Shown: piece after piece, positions 49,182 to 60,200 of the stretch | Layout of the letters: the number at the start of each line of letters is the position of its first letter | How positions within the stretch are numbered: the first letter of the stretch is position 1 | Assembly (NCBI GenBank): GCA_046052065.1 | Contig: JBJOND010000001.1 | Coordinates: 19,194-83,193 of the forward strand | DNA: 64,000 bases | Direction: 5' to 3' | Origin: Bacteroidota bacterium | Lineage (GTDB): Bacteria; Bacteroidota; Bacteroidia; AKYH767-A; OLB10 | Translations under genes and position numbers: made by a program | Notes under the pieces: generated by a model | The model's database searches: none | Seen by the model: only the letters and a program-made list of their open reading frames with translations | What the model was told of the DNA's origin: nothing

Positions 49182-51044
49182 ATGCGTAAAATTTACTCTT
49201 TAATTACTTGTTTAATGTTTTCAAGTGCAGTATTTAGCCAATCACAGCGCTTAGTATTGTTCGAAGAATTTACAAGTGAAAACTGTCCGCCATGCGCTGC
49301 AGTTAATGGACCACTTAACGATTTGTTGAATCTAAACGGAAACGAAGTGGTATCAATTAAATATCAAAACAATATCCCATCTGCAGGACCAATGTATGGT
49401 CATAATTCAGCAGAAGTGAACACAAGAATGACATATTATGCGAACAATTATTCGCCTAATGGTATTTTAGATGGCAATGTTTACAATGACCAACCTGTTA
49501 CACTAACACAAGCCGACATCAGCAACCGTTATGGGGTAACATCTCCATTTACAATTAGCATTTCTCATGCTATTAATGGAACATCAGTAGATGTTACAGC
49601 TGTTGTAAAAATGACTGGCAGTATTTCACCTGCTGGATTGTTTGCTCGTTTTGCAATTATTGAGCGAAATATATATTTCCCTGCTGCTCCGGGATCAAAT
49701 GGAGAAAAGCATTTTGAAGGTGTAATGAAAAAAATGTTACCAAATGCTGCAGGAACTGCTTTACCGTCTACAATGGTTCAGGGTGATTCTGTAGTTTATA
49801 ACTTCTCATGGACAATGGCAAACGTTTACAATCAGGTTCAAATAGCAGCAGTTGGATTTGTACAAGACGATGCAACGAAAGAAGTTCATCAAGCAGGATA
49901 CAGCCGTACTTTAATTCAGAATGACGCTGGTATCACTTCTGCTCAGGTAAATTATTTAAATTGTGATACGATTGTTACTCCAACTGTGAATGTATACAAC
50001 TATGGAATTGCAGATTTAACATCTTTAGATATCCTTTATAAAGTTGATGCTGGAACTAACCAAACTTATAGCTGGACAGGAAATATCCCTTCTGGTGGAT
50101 CAAGTTTAATTACATTACCATCATTAACTGTAGCAGCTGGAGCTCACACTATCACTACTGCAACTTCGAATCCTAATGGTAGCACAGATCAAGATGCATT
50201 TAATGATTCAAAAGTTACCCCAGTTTTAATCGCAGCAGCACCGATTGCGACTCCAATTGTTCAAGGATTTACAACAGGAGCATTCCCTCCTGCTGGTTGG
50301 GCAAGATATAATCCAGATGCAGGCTATACTTGGTCACGTGTTGCTGCTGGTGCAACAGGAGCTAATGGTTCTGCAAAAATTGATTTTTACAATAGCACAG
50401 GAGGACAAATAGATGATTTATACTTACCTCAATTCTCTTTAGTTGGTGCAAGTAATGCATTCTTAACTTTCTATGTTGCTAAGGCAAGATATAGCGCAGC
50501 ATATAATGATCAGCTAGAGTTTAACGCAACTACAGATTGCGGCACATCATGGAATTCACTTTGGGCTAAATCCGACAATACAGGTTTAACAACTAATACA
50601 GTTGCACAAACAAATGCATGGACACCAGTTTCTGCATCTGCAACAGATTGGAGACAAGAAACTGTTGACCTTAACCCTTTATTAGGTCAAAGTAACATCA
50701 TTGCTAAGTTTTCAGCACTAAGTGGTTACGGTAATAATGGATATATTGATGATATCAACATTACACAAAACGTTGGTGTAGGCGAGAATGCTGTAACAGA
50801 AACTATCAGTGTATTCCCAATTCCTTCTGCTGGTAATGTAAGCTTGACATTAAATAAATTAAATGTAACTTCATTCACACTTGTAGTTACTGATATGGCT
50901 GGTAAAACAATTTCAAGAGAAGAAAATGTTGCTAACAATGGCACTTTAAATGTTGACCTTTCGACTCTAGAAAATGGATCATATTTAATCAACATTGAAA
51001 CACCAGGACAAAAAATTGTTAAAAAAGTAATTTTAGAGAAATAA
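49182..51044 (+). CDS. Omp28-like thioredoxin-fold protein with T9SS type A CTD
   Basis: Signal peptide. The N-terminal region LFEEFTSENCPPCA has a CxxC and resembles the Omp28-related family. The C-terminal roughly 80 aa form a Por secretion tail (ISVFPIPSAGN...YLINIETPGQ). Confidence 0.55.
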   Translation: MRKIYSLITCLMFSSAVFSQSQRLVLFEEFTSENCPPCAAVNGPLNDLLNLNGNEVVSIKYQNNIPSAGPMYGHNSAEVNTRMTYYANNYSPNGILDGNVYNDQPVTLTQADISNRYGVTSPFTISISHAINGTSVDVTAVVKMTGSISPAGLFARFAIIERNIYFPAAPGSNGEKHFEGVMKKMLPNAAGTALPSTMVQGDSVVYNFSWTMANVYNQVQIAAVGFVQDDATKEVHQAGYSRTLIQNDAGITSAQVNYLNCDTIVTPTVNVYNYGIADLTSLDILYKVDAGTNQTYSWTGNIPSGGSSLITLPSLTVAAGAHTITTATSNPNGSTDQDAFNDSKVTPVLIAAAPIATPIVQGFTTGAFPPAGWARYNPDAGYTWSRVAAGATGANGSAKIDFYNSTGGQIDDLYLPQFSLVGASNAFLTFYVAKARYSAAYNDQLEFNATTDCGTSWNSLWAKSDNTGLTTNTVAQTNAWTPVSASATDWRQETVDLNPLLGQSNIIAKFSALSGYGNNGYIDDINITQNVGVGENAVTETISVFPIPSAGNVSLTLNKLNVTSFTLVVTDMAGKTISREENVANNGTLNVDLSTLENGSYLINIETPGQKIVKKVILEK

Positions 51045-51055
51045 TCTCGTTTTAA

Positions 51056-51082
51056 AAGGGACTCTTCGGAGTCCCTTTGTTT
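51056..51082 (+). terminator. hairpin terminator
   Basis: Stem AGGGACTC/GAGTCCCT with a TTCG loop, followed by TTTGTTT. Confidence 0.45.
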
Positions 51083-51093
51083 AAATACCCATT

Positions 51094-51600
51094 ATGAGAA
51101 AGCTATTAATCTTAGTAACAGTATCGTTAATTAGTAATTTATCTATTGCACAATCTACAGCTACAAAAACGGATGTAGGACATACCATCGTAAAAACACT
51201 AGAAGGTAAAGATTTCAATACGGCCGATATTTCAAATGATGGAAAACCATTCATTATTGATTTTTGGGCAACATGGTGTAAACCATGTGTAGCTGAGTTA
51301 GATGCAATTAATGAGAACTATACACAATGGAAAGAAGAGACTGGAGTAAAGGTTTTCGCTGTTTCTATTGATGATAGTCGTTCAATGAGCCGAGTTGCAC
51401 CCTATGTAGCAGGTAAAGGTTGGGATTACACCATTCTATTGGACCCAAATGGAGATTTCAAAAGAGCAATGAACGTAAATTCTGTTCCTCATACATTTTT
51501 GTTTGATGGGAATGGAAAGCTAGTTGCGCAGCATAATAATTACTCAGCTGGAGATGAAGACAATCTTTTAGAAGAAATAAAAAAACATTCGGGTAAATAA
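51094..51600 (+). CDS. TlpA-like thiol-disulfide oxidoreductase (secreted thioredoxin)
   Basis: Signal peptide and the redoxin motif FWATWCKPCVAE. Confidence 0.75.
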   Translation: MRKLLILVTVSLISNLSIAQSTATKTDVGHTIVKTLEGKDFNTADISNDGKPFIIDFWATWCKPCVAELDAINENYTQWKEETGVKVFAVSIDDSRSMSRVAPYVAGKGWDYTILLDPNGDFKRAMNVNSVPHTFLFDGNGKLVAQHNNYSAGDEDNLLEEIKKHSGK

Positions 51601-51622
51601 TTACTTTAAATTAAATAAATTC

Positions 51623-51660
51623 GGGAACTTAACCATAGTTAGGTTCCCGTTTTTATTTTT
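51623..51660 (+). terminator. rho-independent terminator
   Basis: Stem GGGAACTTAAC/GTTAGGTTCCC with one mismatch, followed by TTTTTATTTTT. Confidence 0.55.
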
Positions 51661-51678
51661 GCACCTCAATTAACCAAA

Positions 51679-53316
51679 ATGAATACACTATTACGAATTA
51701 CAGTCATGTGTATGGCGTTCGCTGCAACCACGCAAAATTTACGTGCTCAGCAATCAAACGTCATGTCAAACATTACAGGTAATTTTGAAGTCAACTCTCA
51801 ATATTATCAGCCGGATAGCGCAATCCTTGCACCAGATGTTCCAGAAAAATTATTAAGCAATGGTTTCTTTAACCTTAATTATGAATCGGGAAATTTTAAA
51901 GCAGGTCTTCGTTACGAAAGCTACTTGAATGCTTTACAAGGGTTCGACCCCAATTACCGCGGTAGTGGCATTACTTATCGTTTTGCTCAATTTTCGAAAG
52001 ATGAAATCACCATTACTGTTGGGAATTTTTATGATCAATTCGGAAACGGATTAATTTTCAGAAGTTATGAGGAAAGAGCATTAGGAGTGGATAATGCAAT
52101 GGACGGATTACACATCAAGTATAACCCTTACAAAGGAATTGTGTTAAAAGGATTTGTCGCTGAGCAGCGTAATTTCTTTGCTAAAGGGCCTGGTATTGTA
52201 CGAGGATTTGATGGAGATATCCAATTGAATGATGTATTTGAATCGTGGGCAACTAAGAAACTTCGGTTAGGCGTAGGTGGTAGCTTTGTGAGTAAATATC
52301 AAAAAGATAATAGTCCGACAAGAATACTTCCTGAAAACGTAGGCTCTTATGCATTTAGAACTAATATTATTTATGGTAATTGGTTGGTGAATGCAGAATA
52401 TGCAGGTAAGATAAACGACCCATCTATTGTAAATAACTTCATTTATAAAAATGGAGAGGCCTTATTGGTGAATATTAATTATGCTAAGAAAGGATTTGGA
52501 GCACAAGTATCGGGTAAAAGAGTTGACAATATGAACTATCGCTCAGATCGTGGCGCAACTGGAAATAGTTTGTTCATCAATTATCTTCCGGCAATCAATA
52601 AACAACTAACATATCGATTAAGCACCTTGTACCCTTTTGCGACACAACCAAACGGCGAAATGGGAGCAGCGGGTGAAATCTATGTAAACTGTAAACCTGA
52701 AAGTGCACTTGGTGGAAAGTATGGAACTAAACTAAGTTTGTCCGCTTCCGCTGTTAATGACATTCAGCGCACGGCATTAAGCAACGATACATTGGGGTAT
52801 ACTTCCAATTTTTTGGGGATTGGAGATAATCGCTATTATCAGGATGTCAATTTTGAGTTAACCAAAAAATTATCAAAAAGCGACAAGATAATTTTTACGT
52901 ATATCTATCAGATCTATGACAAAAATGTTATCGAAGGAAAAATAGGAGAAAAACAAGTAACTTCTCACATTGCAGTATTCGAATATTTGCACAAATTCGA
53001 TTCAAAGCATAGCATCAGAACAGAACTTCAGCATTTGCAAACAGAAGAGGACAAAAAGAATTGGGCAATGCTTTTAGTTGAATACAGTGTTTCGCCAAAA
53101 TGGATTATAACAGTATTTGATGAATGGAATTATGGCAATTATAAAAAAGACCAGCAAATACATTACTATAATGCAAGTATGGTCTATACGAAAGGTCCTA
53201 CACGAATTGGATTAGGCTATGCTCGTCAGCGTGCAGGATTATTATGCGTTGGAGGGGTATGTAGATTTGTACCCGCAAGCAACGGATTTAATGTAACAGT
53301 TACAAGCAGATTTTAA
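51679..53316 (+). CDS. predicted outer-membrane beta-barrel protein (hypothetical)
   Basis: Signal peptide ending in AQQ. Alternating amphipathic strands and a C-terminal ...TVTSRF aromatic terminus. Confidence 0.45.
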   Translation: MNTLLRITVMCMAFAATTQNLRAQQSNVMSNITGNFEVNSQYYQPDSAILAPDVPEKLLSNGFFNLNYESGNFKAGLRYESYLNALQGFDPNYRGSGITYRFAQFSKDEITITVGNFYDQFGNGLIFRSYEERALGVDNAMDGLHIKYNPYKGIVLKGFVAEQRNFFAKGPGIVRGFDGDIQLNDVFESWATKKLRLGVGGSFVSKYQKDNSPTRILPENVGSYAFRTNIIYGNWLVNAEYAGKINDPSIVNNFIYKNGEALLVNINYAKKGFGAQVSGKRVDNMNYRSDRGATGNSLFINYLPAINKQLTYRLSTLYPFATQPNGEMGAAGEIYVNCKPESALGGKYGTKLSLSASAVNDIQRTALSNDTLGYTSNFLGIGDNRYYQDVNFELTKKLSKSDKIIFTYIYQIYDKNVIEGKIGEKQVTSHIAVFEYLHKFDSKHSIRTELQHLQTEEDKKNWAMLLVEYSVSPKWIITVFDEWNYGNYKKDQQIHYYNASMVYTKGPTRIGLGYARQRAGLLCVGGVCRFVPASNGFNVTVTSRF

Positions 53317-53320
53317 TGAT

Positions 53321-54181
53321 ATGATAAAGCATTTAAAAATATTCATACTTAGCACTACGCTCATCTTTGGTTTTCTTTTCTTCGGATGCGATAAAATAGA
53401 AGGGCCATATGGAATCAATAATGGAACCACTCCAACTGATACCACTTCAGATACTATTTTCAGAAAAGTGCTGTTAGAAGATTTTACTGGACATACCTGC
53501 GCTGCATGTCCAGCTTCACACGTTGAAGCTAAACGACTACATGATATATATGGCGAGCAATTAGTTGTGCTTGGCATACATGCTGGATATTTCTCATGGC
53601 CACAAAATGCGCCGTATCAAAGCAATTTTCAAACTGCAACGGGCACAACTATCACAACTGATTTTAATTTAATTAATTTGCCTTTCCCTAAAGGAATGGT
53701 AAATAGGCTTTATAAACCAGCTACCTCCACTCAATATATCTTCGATTGGCCAGATTGGGAAACAACGATTGATACTATTTTACAGCGACCAGCTGATGCA
53801 GGAATTGATATTGCAAATTCATTTAGTACAACCGATAGTATGATGACCGCTACCATAGATATAAAAATGATGAATGATTATTTAAATCCTATTAGCTTAG
53901 CTGTTTACTATGCTGAAGATAGCATTGTAGCTCCTCAAAAGAACGGGGCTGTTGATGTATTAGATTATATTCATCGTCATGTTTTAAGAGGATCTTTTAC
54001 TGGAGCGTTTGGAGAAACAATTGGAAACAGCGCAACTGCAGGTCAGGAATTAAATAGAACCTATTCAACTAAACTTACACCTGCAAATGCGAATGTTAAT
54101 CAGGTGTATATATATGCTATTCTTTTTGATAATGTAACACGTGAAGTAATTCAGGTAGAAGAAAAGAAATTAATTCAATAA
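53321..54181 (+). CDS. Omp28-related outer-membrane lipoprotein (thioredoxin-like CxxC)
   Basis: Lipobox FFGC. The motif LLEDFTGHTCAACP parallels the N-terminus of the 620-aa protein at 49182. Confidence 0.55.
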   Translation: MIKHLKIFILSTTLIFGFLFFGCDKIEGPYGINNGTTPTDTTSDTIFRKVLLEDFTGHTCAACPASHVEAKRLHDIYGEQLVVLGIHAGYFSWPQNAPYQSNFQTATGTTITTDFNLINLPFPKGMVNRLYKPATSTQYIFDWPDWETTIDTILQRPADAGIDIANSFSTTDSMMTATIDIKMMNDYLNPISLAVYYAEDSIVAPQKNGAVDVLDYIHRHVLRGSFTGAFGETIGNSATAGQELNRTYSTKLTPANANVNQVYIYAILFDNVTREVIQVEEKKLIQ

Positions 54182-54205
54182 TTTTAATCAGACATAAAAT
54201 TTGCA

Positions 54206-54233
54206 AGCCTCTTCATAAGAAGGGGCTTTTTTT
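54206..54233 (+). terminator. rho-independent terminator
   Basis: Stem AGCCTCTTC/GAAGGGGCT followed by a 7-T run. Confidence 0.55.
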
Positions 54234-54349
54234 GCAACTAACAATTTGCTGTTAATTGCTAAACGTTTGTAAACGGATAATTGGATTTTGCTGAAATAGT
54301 TTTGCCTCATCAGTTCATCAATTTAAATATCCTTTCAAAAAACAAAAAC

Positions 54350-54805
54350 ATGAAAAAACAAATCTTAACACTATTCATGATGCTATCCATCGTGAATACG
54401 CTTCCAACAAAAGTAGAAGCAGCAAACGAAACATCTACTTGTGTTCGTCCTCCAAAAATTCACCTTGTAATTGTAATGGGCAAACCAAAATACGATTGTG
54501 AAATCTTCCCAGGTATTTGTTTATTCCTTTATGGCACTTTCGACCGTACTAATCCACTATCGGCTGGCACATATGCTTCCTATGAGAACAATACGCTACA
54601 AATCGAAATTCAAAAAAATGAAATCAGTGAATCACTGGATAAAAAGCTTCAAGAGCAATCCGTTTTTGACTTAGAAAATGAATATGAAATTCCAGATGAT
54701 ATAAGCAAAGACCTTGGCAGCGATACACGTATAATTCTTGAAACAGGCAATTATGAAATACAAGATAACGGTGAAAGTTATATCATAAACATTCGTTGCC
54801 GATAA
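54350..54805 (+). CDS. hypothetical secreted protein
   Basis: Internal ATG gives MKKQILTLFMMLSIVNTLPTKVEA, a signal peptide. Four Cys, no known motif. Confidence 0.4.
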   Translation: MKKQILTLFMMLSIVNTLPTKVEAANETSTCVRPPKIHLVIVMGKPKYDCEIFPGICLFLYGTFDRTNPLSAGTYASYENNTLQIEIQKNEISESLDKKLQEQSVFDLENEYEIPDDISKDLGSDTRIILETGNYEIQDNGESYIINIRCR

Positions 54806-54813
54806 AATAATTC

Positions 54814-54878
54814 CAGACCCGTAAGTCTGATTCTTTGTTCTTGCCAACCCCGGGGGCTGAGCCCGTAAGCTCTCCCCC
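54814..54878 (+). other. twin hairpins with identical CCCGTAAG loops
   Basis: CAGACCCGTAAGTCTG and GGGGCTGAGCCCGTAAGCTCTCCCC, about 25 nt apart in the intergenic region. Confidence 0.4.
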
Positions 54879-54898
54879 TCCTTTATATATAAACACCT

Positions 54899-55501
54899 AT
54901 GAAAAACGCAATTATTATTTCTAGTTTGTTATTCTTTACTAGCTGTACTAAAATGCTCATGCGCGCAAATGGTTTTAAAACGCCTAGGTATGAATCAGAA
55001 GAAAGAATAAATTCATTTGCCCAAACGAATCAGATTGATGAAGGAAAAATCGTTTTTTTAAATGACACTACTGAACAAAAGAAGATGCTGAAATTATTTT
55101 CTAATTCCCCAGGAATTATCATTGCTGATTCGGCTTGGAATCGTTTGAATTTTCAAAACAAAAAAGAGAACTGCGCTGCCCCTGTTGAAAATCTTCTAAT
55201 GAACTTATGCAATATTCAACCTACAAATATTTACTATACTGATTCAAATTTAATTGCATTCAGAAAAAGTAAAGCATTTTACAAAGCCATTCAAAACAAA
55301 CCATCATCCGCTCATTATATATTCTTTTTATGGAATACATCGATGGGCAAAAACATTAAAAAGATTAAAGCTTGGGAAAACACCTTGATAAAACATGCGA
55401 ACTGTGATTATCAAACTTTTTGGATTAATTGCGATTACATGGCTAATTGGTATAGCGTCAAGCCTGGTAAAAAAATTCGATACAAGGTCGACAGAAAGTA
55501 G
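54899..55501 (+). CDS. hypothetical lipoprotein
   Basis: Signal peptide plus Cys (LLFFTSC). 200 aa, Cys-containing. Confidence 0.4.
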   Translation: MKNAIIISSLLFFTSCTKMLMRANGFKTPRYESEERINSFAQTNQIDEGKIVFLNDTTEQKKMLKLFSNSPGIIIADSAWNRLNFQNKKENCAAPVENLLMNLCNIQPTNIYYTDSNLIAFRKSKAFYKAIQNKPSSAHYIFFLWNTSMGKNIKKIKAWENTLIKHANCDYQTFWINCDYMANWYSVKPGKKIRYKVDRK

Positions 55502-55570
55502 TTTTTCAGATTATTACTTTAGGCTGAACTATTTTAATGCTTGGTTGTTTCGTAAATTAAGTGTTTAGCT

Positions 55571-55578
55571 TACCTTTG
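55571..55578 (+). promoter_or_regulatory. -7 box TACCTTTG
   Basis: TAnnTTTG match 38 nt upstream of the acyl-CoA dehydrogenase ATG. Confidence 0.4.
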
Positions 55579-55616
55579 CGCCTCACAGCGAAAAAGCTGA
55601 ACAAAACATTATAACT

Positions 55617-56795
55617 ATGGCAAAAGATCGTTTTCAATCGCACGACTATTATTTAATGGATGAATTGCTTACGGATGAGCACAAATTAATCCGTGATGCT
55701 GCCCGTGAATGGGTTAAAAGAGATGTTTCTCCAATCATTGAAGATTATGCTCAAAAGGCGGAATTCCCGACACAAATCATCAAAGGACTTTCTGAAATTG
55801 GTGCATTTGGGCCTTATATTCCTACCGAATATGGTGGAGGTGGTCTCGATCAAATTTCTTATGGTTTGATTATGCAAGAGATTGAAAGAGGAGATTCTGG
55901 CGTTCGCTCTACTGCATCAGTACAAAGTTCTTTGGTTATGTATCCAATCTATACGTTTGGTACTGAGGAACAAAGAAAAAAATATCTACCTAAGTTAGCT
56001 TCTGGAGAATGGATGGGTTGTTTCGGATTAACGGAGCCTGACCATGGTTCAAATCCTGCGGGAATGGTTACCAATTATAAAGATGCTGGTGACCATGTAA
56101 TTTTAAATGGAGCTAAAATGTGGATTTCAAATGCTCCATTTGCTGATGTTGCTGTAGTTTGGGCAAAAGATGAAAATGGTGATATCAGAGGATTAGTTGT
56201 AGAAAGAGGAATGGAAGGATTCAGCACTCCTGAAACACATGGAAAATGGTCATTGCGTGCAAGTGCAACCGGCGAATTAGTTTTTGATAACGTAAAAGTT
56301 CCTAAAGAAAATATTTTCCCAACTGTTAAAGGTCTTAAAGGCCCTTTAAGTTGTTTGAACTCTGCACGTTATGGTATTGCATGGGGTGCAATTGGAGCAG
56401 CATTAGACTGTTATGATACAGCCTTAAGATATTCTCAGGAGCGTAAACAATTTGGTCGTCCGATTGGTGGATTTCAGTTACAACAAAAGAAATTAGCTGA
56501 AATGATTACTGAAATCACGAAAGCACAATTATTAACTTGGAGATTAGGTGTATTGAAGAATGAGAATCGCGCAACGCCGGCTCAGATTTCAATGGCAAAA
56601 CGAAACAATGTAAATATGGCAATTCAGATTGCAAGAGAGGCTCGTCAGATGTTAGGAGGAATGGGAATTACAGGCGAATATCCGATTATGCGCCACATGA
56701 TGAACCTTGAAAGTGTAATTACTTATGAAGGAACACATGATGTGCATTTATTAATTACGGGTATGGATGTTACTGGATTTAATGCCTTTACCTAA
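55617..56795 (+). CDS. acyl-CoA dehydrogenase family protein (glutaryl-CoA dehydrogenase-like)
   Basis: 392 aa. ACAD N-terminal, middle and C-terminal domain motifs (GLTEPDHGSNPA, YEGTHDV). Confidence 0.85.
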   Translation: MAKDRFQSHDYYLMDELLTDEHKLIRDAAREWVKRDVSPIIEDYAQKAEFPTQIIKGLSEIGAFGPYIPTEYGGGGLDQISYGLIMQEIERGDSGVRSTASVQSSLVMYPIYTFGTEEQRKKYLPKLASGEWMGCFGLTEPDHGSNPAGMVTNYKDAGDHVILNGAKMWISNAPFADVAVVWAKDENGDIRGLVVERGMEGFSTPETHGKWSLRASATGELVFDNVKVPKENIFPTVKGLKGPLSCLNSARYGIAWGAIGAALDCYDTALRYSQERKQFGRPIGGFQLQQKKLAEMITEITKAQLLTWRLGVLKNENRATPAQISMAKRNNVNMAIQIAREARQMLGGMGITGEYPIMRHMMNLESVITYEGTHDVHLLITGMDVTGFNAFT

Positions 56796-56929
56796 AATCT
56801 CATTGTGTTTTACAAAATTTTAAATTCATTTTTAAAATTGATTGTAACCATTTATAGGTAGTTCAGTTTAAGTCGTCAGTTATTTATCGGGGTATTTAAA
56901 TTTTTCATATGTTTGCCCCACAATTAAAA

Positions 56930-57000
56930 GGTCGTGTGGCCGAGCGGTTAGGCAGAGGTCTGCAAAACCTTGTACAGCGGTTCAAATCCGCTCGCGACCT
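56930..57000 (+). tRNA. tRNA-Cys (anticodon GCA)
   Basis: 71 nt. Acceptor GGTCGTG/CGCGACC and discriminator U. Anticodon stem GAGGT/ACCTT with loop CTGCAAA. T-arm AGCGG TTCAAAT CCGCT. Confidence 0.8.
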
Positions 57001-57003
57001 CAA

Positions 57004-57040
57004 AAATCCCTGGTTGAATTCAACCAGGGATTTTTATTTT
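57004..57040 (+). terminator. rho-independent terminator after tRNA-Cys
   Basis: Perfect palindrome ATCCCTGGTTGAATTCAACCAGGGAT followed by TTTTTATTTT. Confidence 0.6.
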
Positions 57041-57254
57041 GTAATCTCCTGAGAATACCAAGATGTATTTAGTCATGCTCAGCAAGCATAAAACGCATCC
57101 GAATAAGCATTTTTAAACTCCTAAAATTCATTAGAAATTAGCTTATCATTGTCACTAAAATATTATGTATTTTTCAAGGGAAATCAATTGATTTTTACTT
57201 ACTTTGACATCCCTAAAACAACCTTTACAAAACCACAACCTTACTAACTAGTTT

Positions 57255-60200
57255 ATGAAAAAACTACTACTTGCAGTTTTCTGCTGCATAGGTGCATTTT
57301 TGATGACCTCTCAAACTGCATCAGCGACTCACTTAATGGGTGGTAATATGACCTATGAATTTTTAGGTCTTAATTCAGGTACTGGATTATATGATTATCG
57401 TGTTACACTAAAAATTTATCGATTATGCGACCCAGGAAGTTCGCAATTACCAACCAGTACGTCATTGGGAGTTTATCAGGACAATCCAGGTAATCCGGCT
57501 TTGAAACAACGTGTTGCCCTTGCAACATTAAACCTTATATCTCAACAAGCGATCGTACCTCCTAACGCTGGGGCTAGCTGTTCTTTTGCTCCGAATGTTT
57601 GTGTTGAAGAAGGAGTTTATCAAACGACTGTTTCTGTTCCTGCAAATACTACAGGATACTATTTCATGGCCGATCGTTGTTGTAGAAATAATAACATTGA
57701 TAATTTAAGCAACCCAGGTGCAACTGGTCAATCGTATTATGCATACGCACCAGATCCATCTATCGATAACAATTCTCCAACCTTCGCTGTACCTCCGGTT
57801 CCATTTATTTGTGCAAATGATACTGTAAGTATATTAAATCAAGCAATTGATGTAGATGGTGATTCATTAAGCTATGCATTCGTTACTCCATTTGCAGGTA
57901 TTTCAAGCTCAGGTAACCCAAACCCACAAGCACCTACGAATTATACATGGCCAATTCCTACCGTTAACTACGCGACTAACTTTAGTAACACTACACCGTT
58001 TGGATTAAATAGTTATGCGGCTATGGACCCTGCAACAGGTTTAGGTGTTTATGTTTCTCCAAACCAAGGTTACTATGTTGTTGCGATTGAAATTAGCGAA
58101 TATCGAAACGGTGTATTAATCGGCGTATCAAGATTAGATATTCAGATTATTGTTATTACGTGTCCTACTAACCCAGCGCCAGCCATAGCAAATAATCAAA
58201 CAACTTACACCATACAAGAAGGTCAAACACTTTGTTTTAATGTAGGATACACAGACCCTAATGGAGATAGTTTATTTTTAACACATACTGGAGATATTTT
58301 TAATTCTACCCTTGTAAATCCAACTGCTACTTTACCAAATGTATCGGGCGATTCTGTAATAAGCGCTCAATTTTGCTGGTCAACTTCATGTAATCAAGGA
58401 AGAACAACTCCATACCAATTTTCTACTTCTGCAACAGATAATGGTTGCCCTGCTAAAGTCACAAATACAGTTTACACCATCAACGTATTAAACACACAAG
58501 CACCAACCGTAATGAATGGGCCTGATACCTTGTGTTTAAATGCTGCAACAGGTGTTGCTTATTCAGTTTCATCAACATCTGGTTATACTTATCAATGGTT
58601 AGTTACTAACGGAACACAAATTTCAGGAACAAACACTGCTAGTGCAGGCGTTACATTTTCGAATACAGGATTAGCAACGGTGAGTGTAGTTGCATTAAAT
58701 CCTTTTGGTTGTCCTTCTGACACACTTAGAAAAACTGTCTTTATTAAACCACAACCAACTGCCGCAGCTGGAACAGATGTTTCATTTTGTTCAGGTGGTT
58801 CGGCTACGTTGGGAACATCAACTACGAGCGGATATACTTACTCTTGGTCGCCAGCAACAAACCTAAGTAATAGTACTTTATCAAACCCTGTTGTAACTAT
58901 TAACAATACAGGTACTACCCCAACATCAACAACTTATATTGTAACATCTACACTTAATGGTTGTACGAATAAGGATACTGTAGTAGTAACTTCAAATCCA
59001 TTCCCTGTTGCCAATGCTGGTAACAACACATCTATCTGTAGTGGTGCAAGTGCACCGTTGGGAACATTATCAACAGCTGGATATACTTATTCTTGGACTC
59101 CAGGTTCAGGATTAAGCAACAATACGGTTTCAAATCCGGTATTCTCATTGACAAACACCGGAAATACACCAGACACTTTACAATATGTTGTTTTAGTTGC
59201 AAATGGATTTGCATGTAGCACAACAGATACTGTTCAGGTTGTAGTAAGACCTGTACCAACTGCAGTAGCAGGAAATGATTTAATTTTTTGCTCGGGAGCT
59301 AGTGGAACAGTTGGTTCAAGTAGTACAAGTGGCTATACTTACAGTTGGACACCTTCAACAGGATTAACTGCTCCTACAGGAAGTAGTTCAACAGTAACAT
59401 TAACAAACACAACTACGGCTAATGATACCGTTAGTTATATCTTAACTACAACATGGTTTGGATGTACTGCAAAAGATACAGCTAAAGTTATTGTTAAGCC
59501 TATTCCCACTGCAAATGCAGGAAATAACTTGTTCTTATGCTCTGGCGTAAATGGTCAGATAGGATCTATTTCTACTAGTGGTTATAACTATACTTGGACA
59601 CCTACGACAGGATTAAGCAATCCAAATTTATCGAACCCAACAGTTTCTTTAACCAACAATGGAATCACAACAGATACTATTTTCTATTTTTTAAATACTG
59701 ATTTAGCAGGTTGTCAGAATAATGATACTGTTCGAGTTGTTGTTGCTCCAGTACCAACTGCAAATGCTGGTTTAGATCAAACTTATTGCTCTGGGCAAAC
59801 TGTTACAATTGGTAGTGCAACTACAAGTGGATATTTATATTCATGGTCACCTGCAGCAGGATTATCAACACCAACTAATAGTACATCTACTGTAACACTA
59901 ACAAACACAAACACGGCTAATGATACCGTTAGTTATATCTTAACAACTACATGGTTTGGATGTATCGACAAGGATACCGTTAAAGTAATTGTTAAACCTG
60001 TTCCGACTGCTAATGCAGGAAACAACTTGTTCTTATGCTCTGGCGTGAATGGTCAGATAGGAACAATTTCTACGAGTGGATATGCTTACACTTGGACACC
60101 AACAACAGGATTAAGTAATCCATCTGTTTCTAATCCTGTAGTTTCATTAACAAACAATGGATCTACAACAGACACCATTTTCTATTTTTTAAATACTGAT

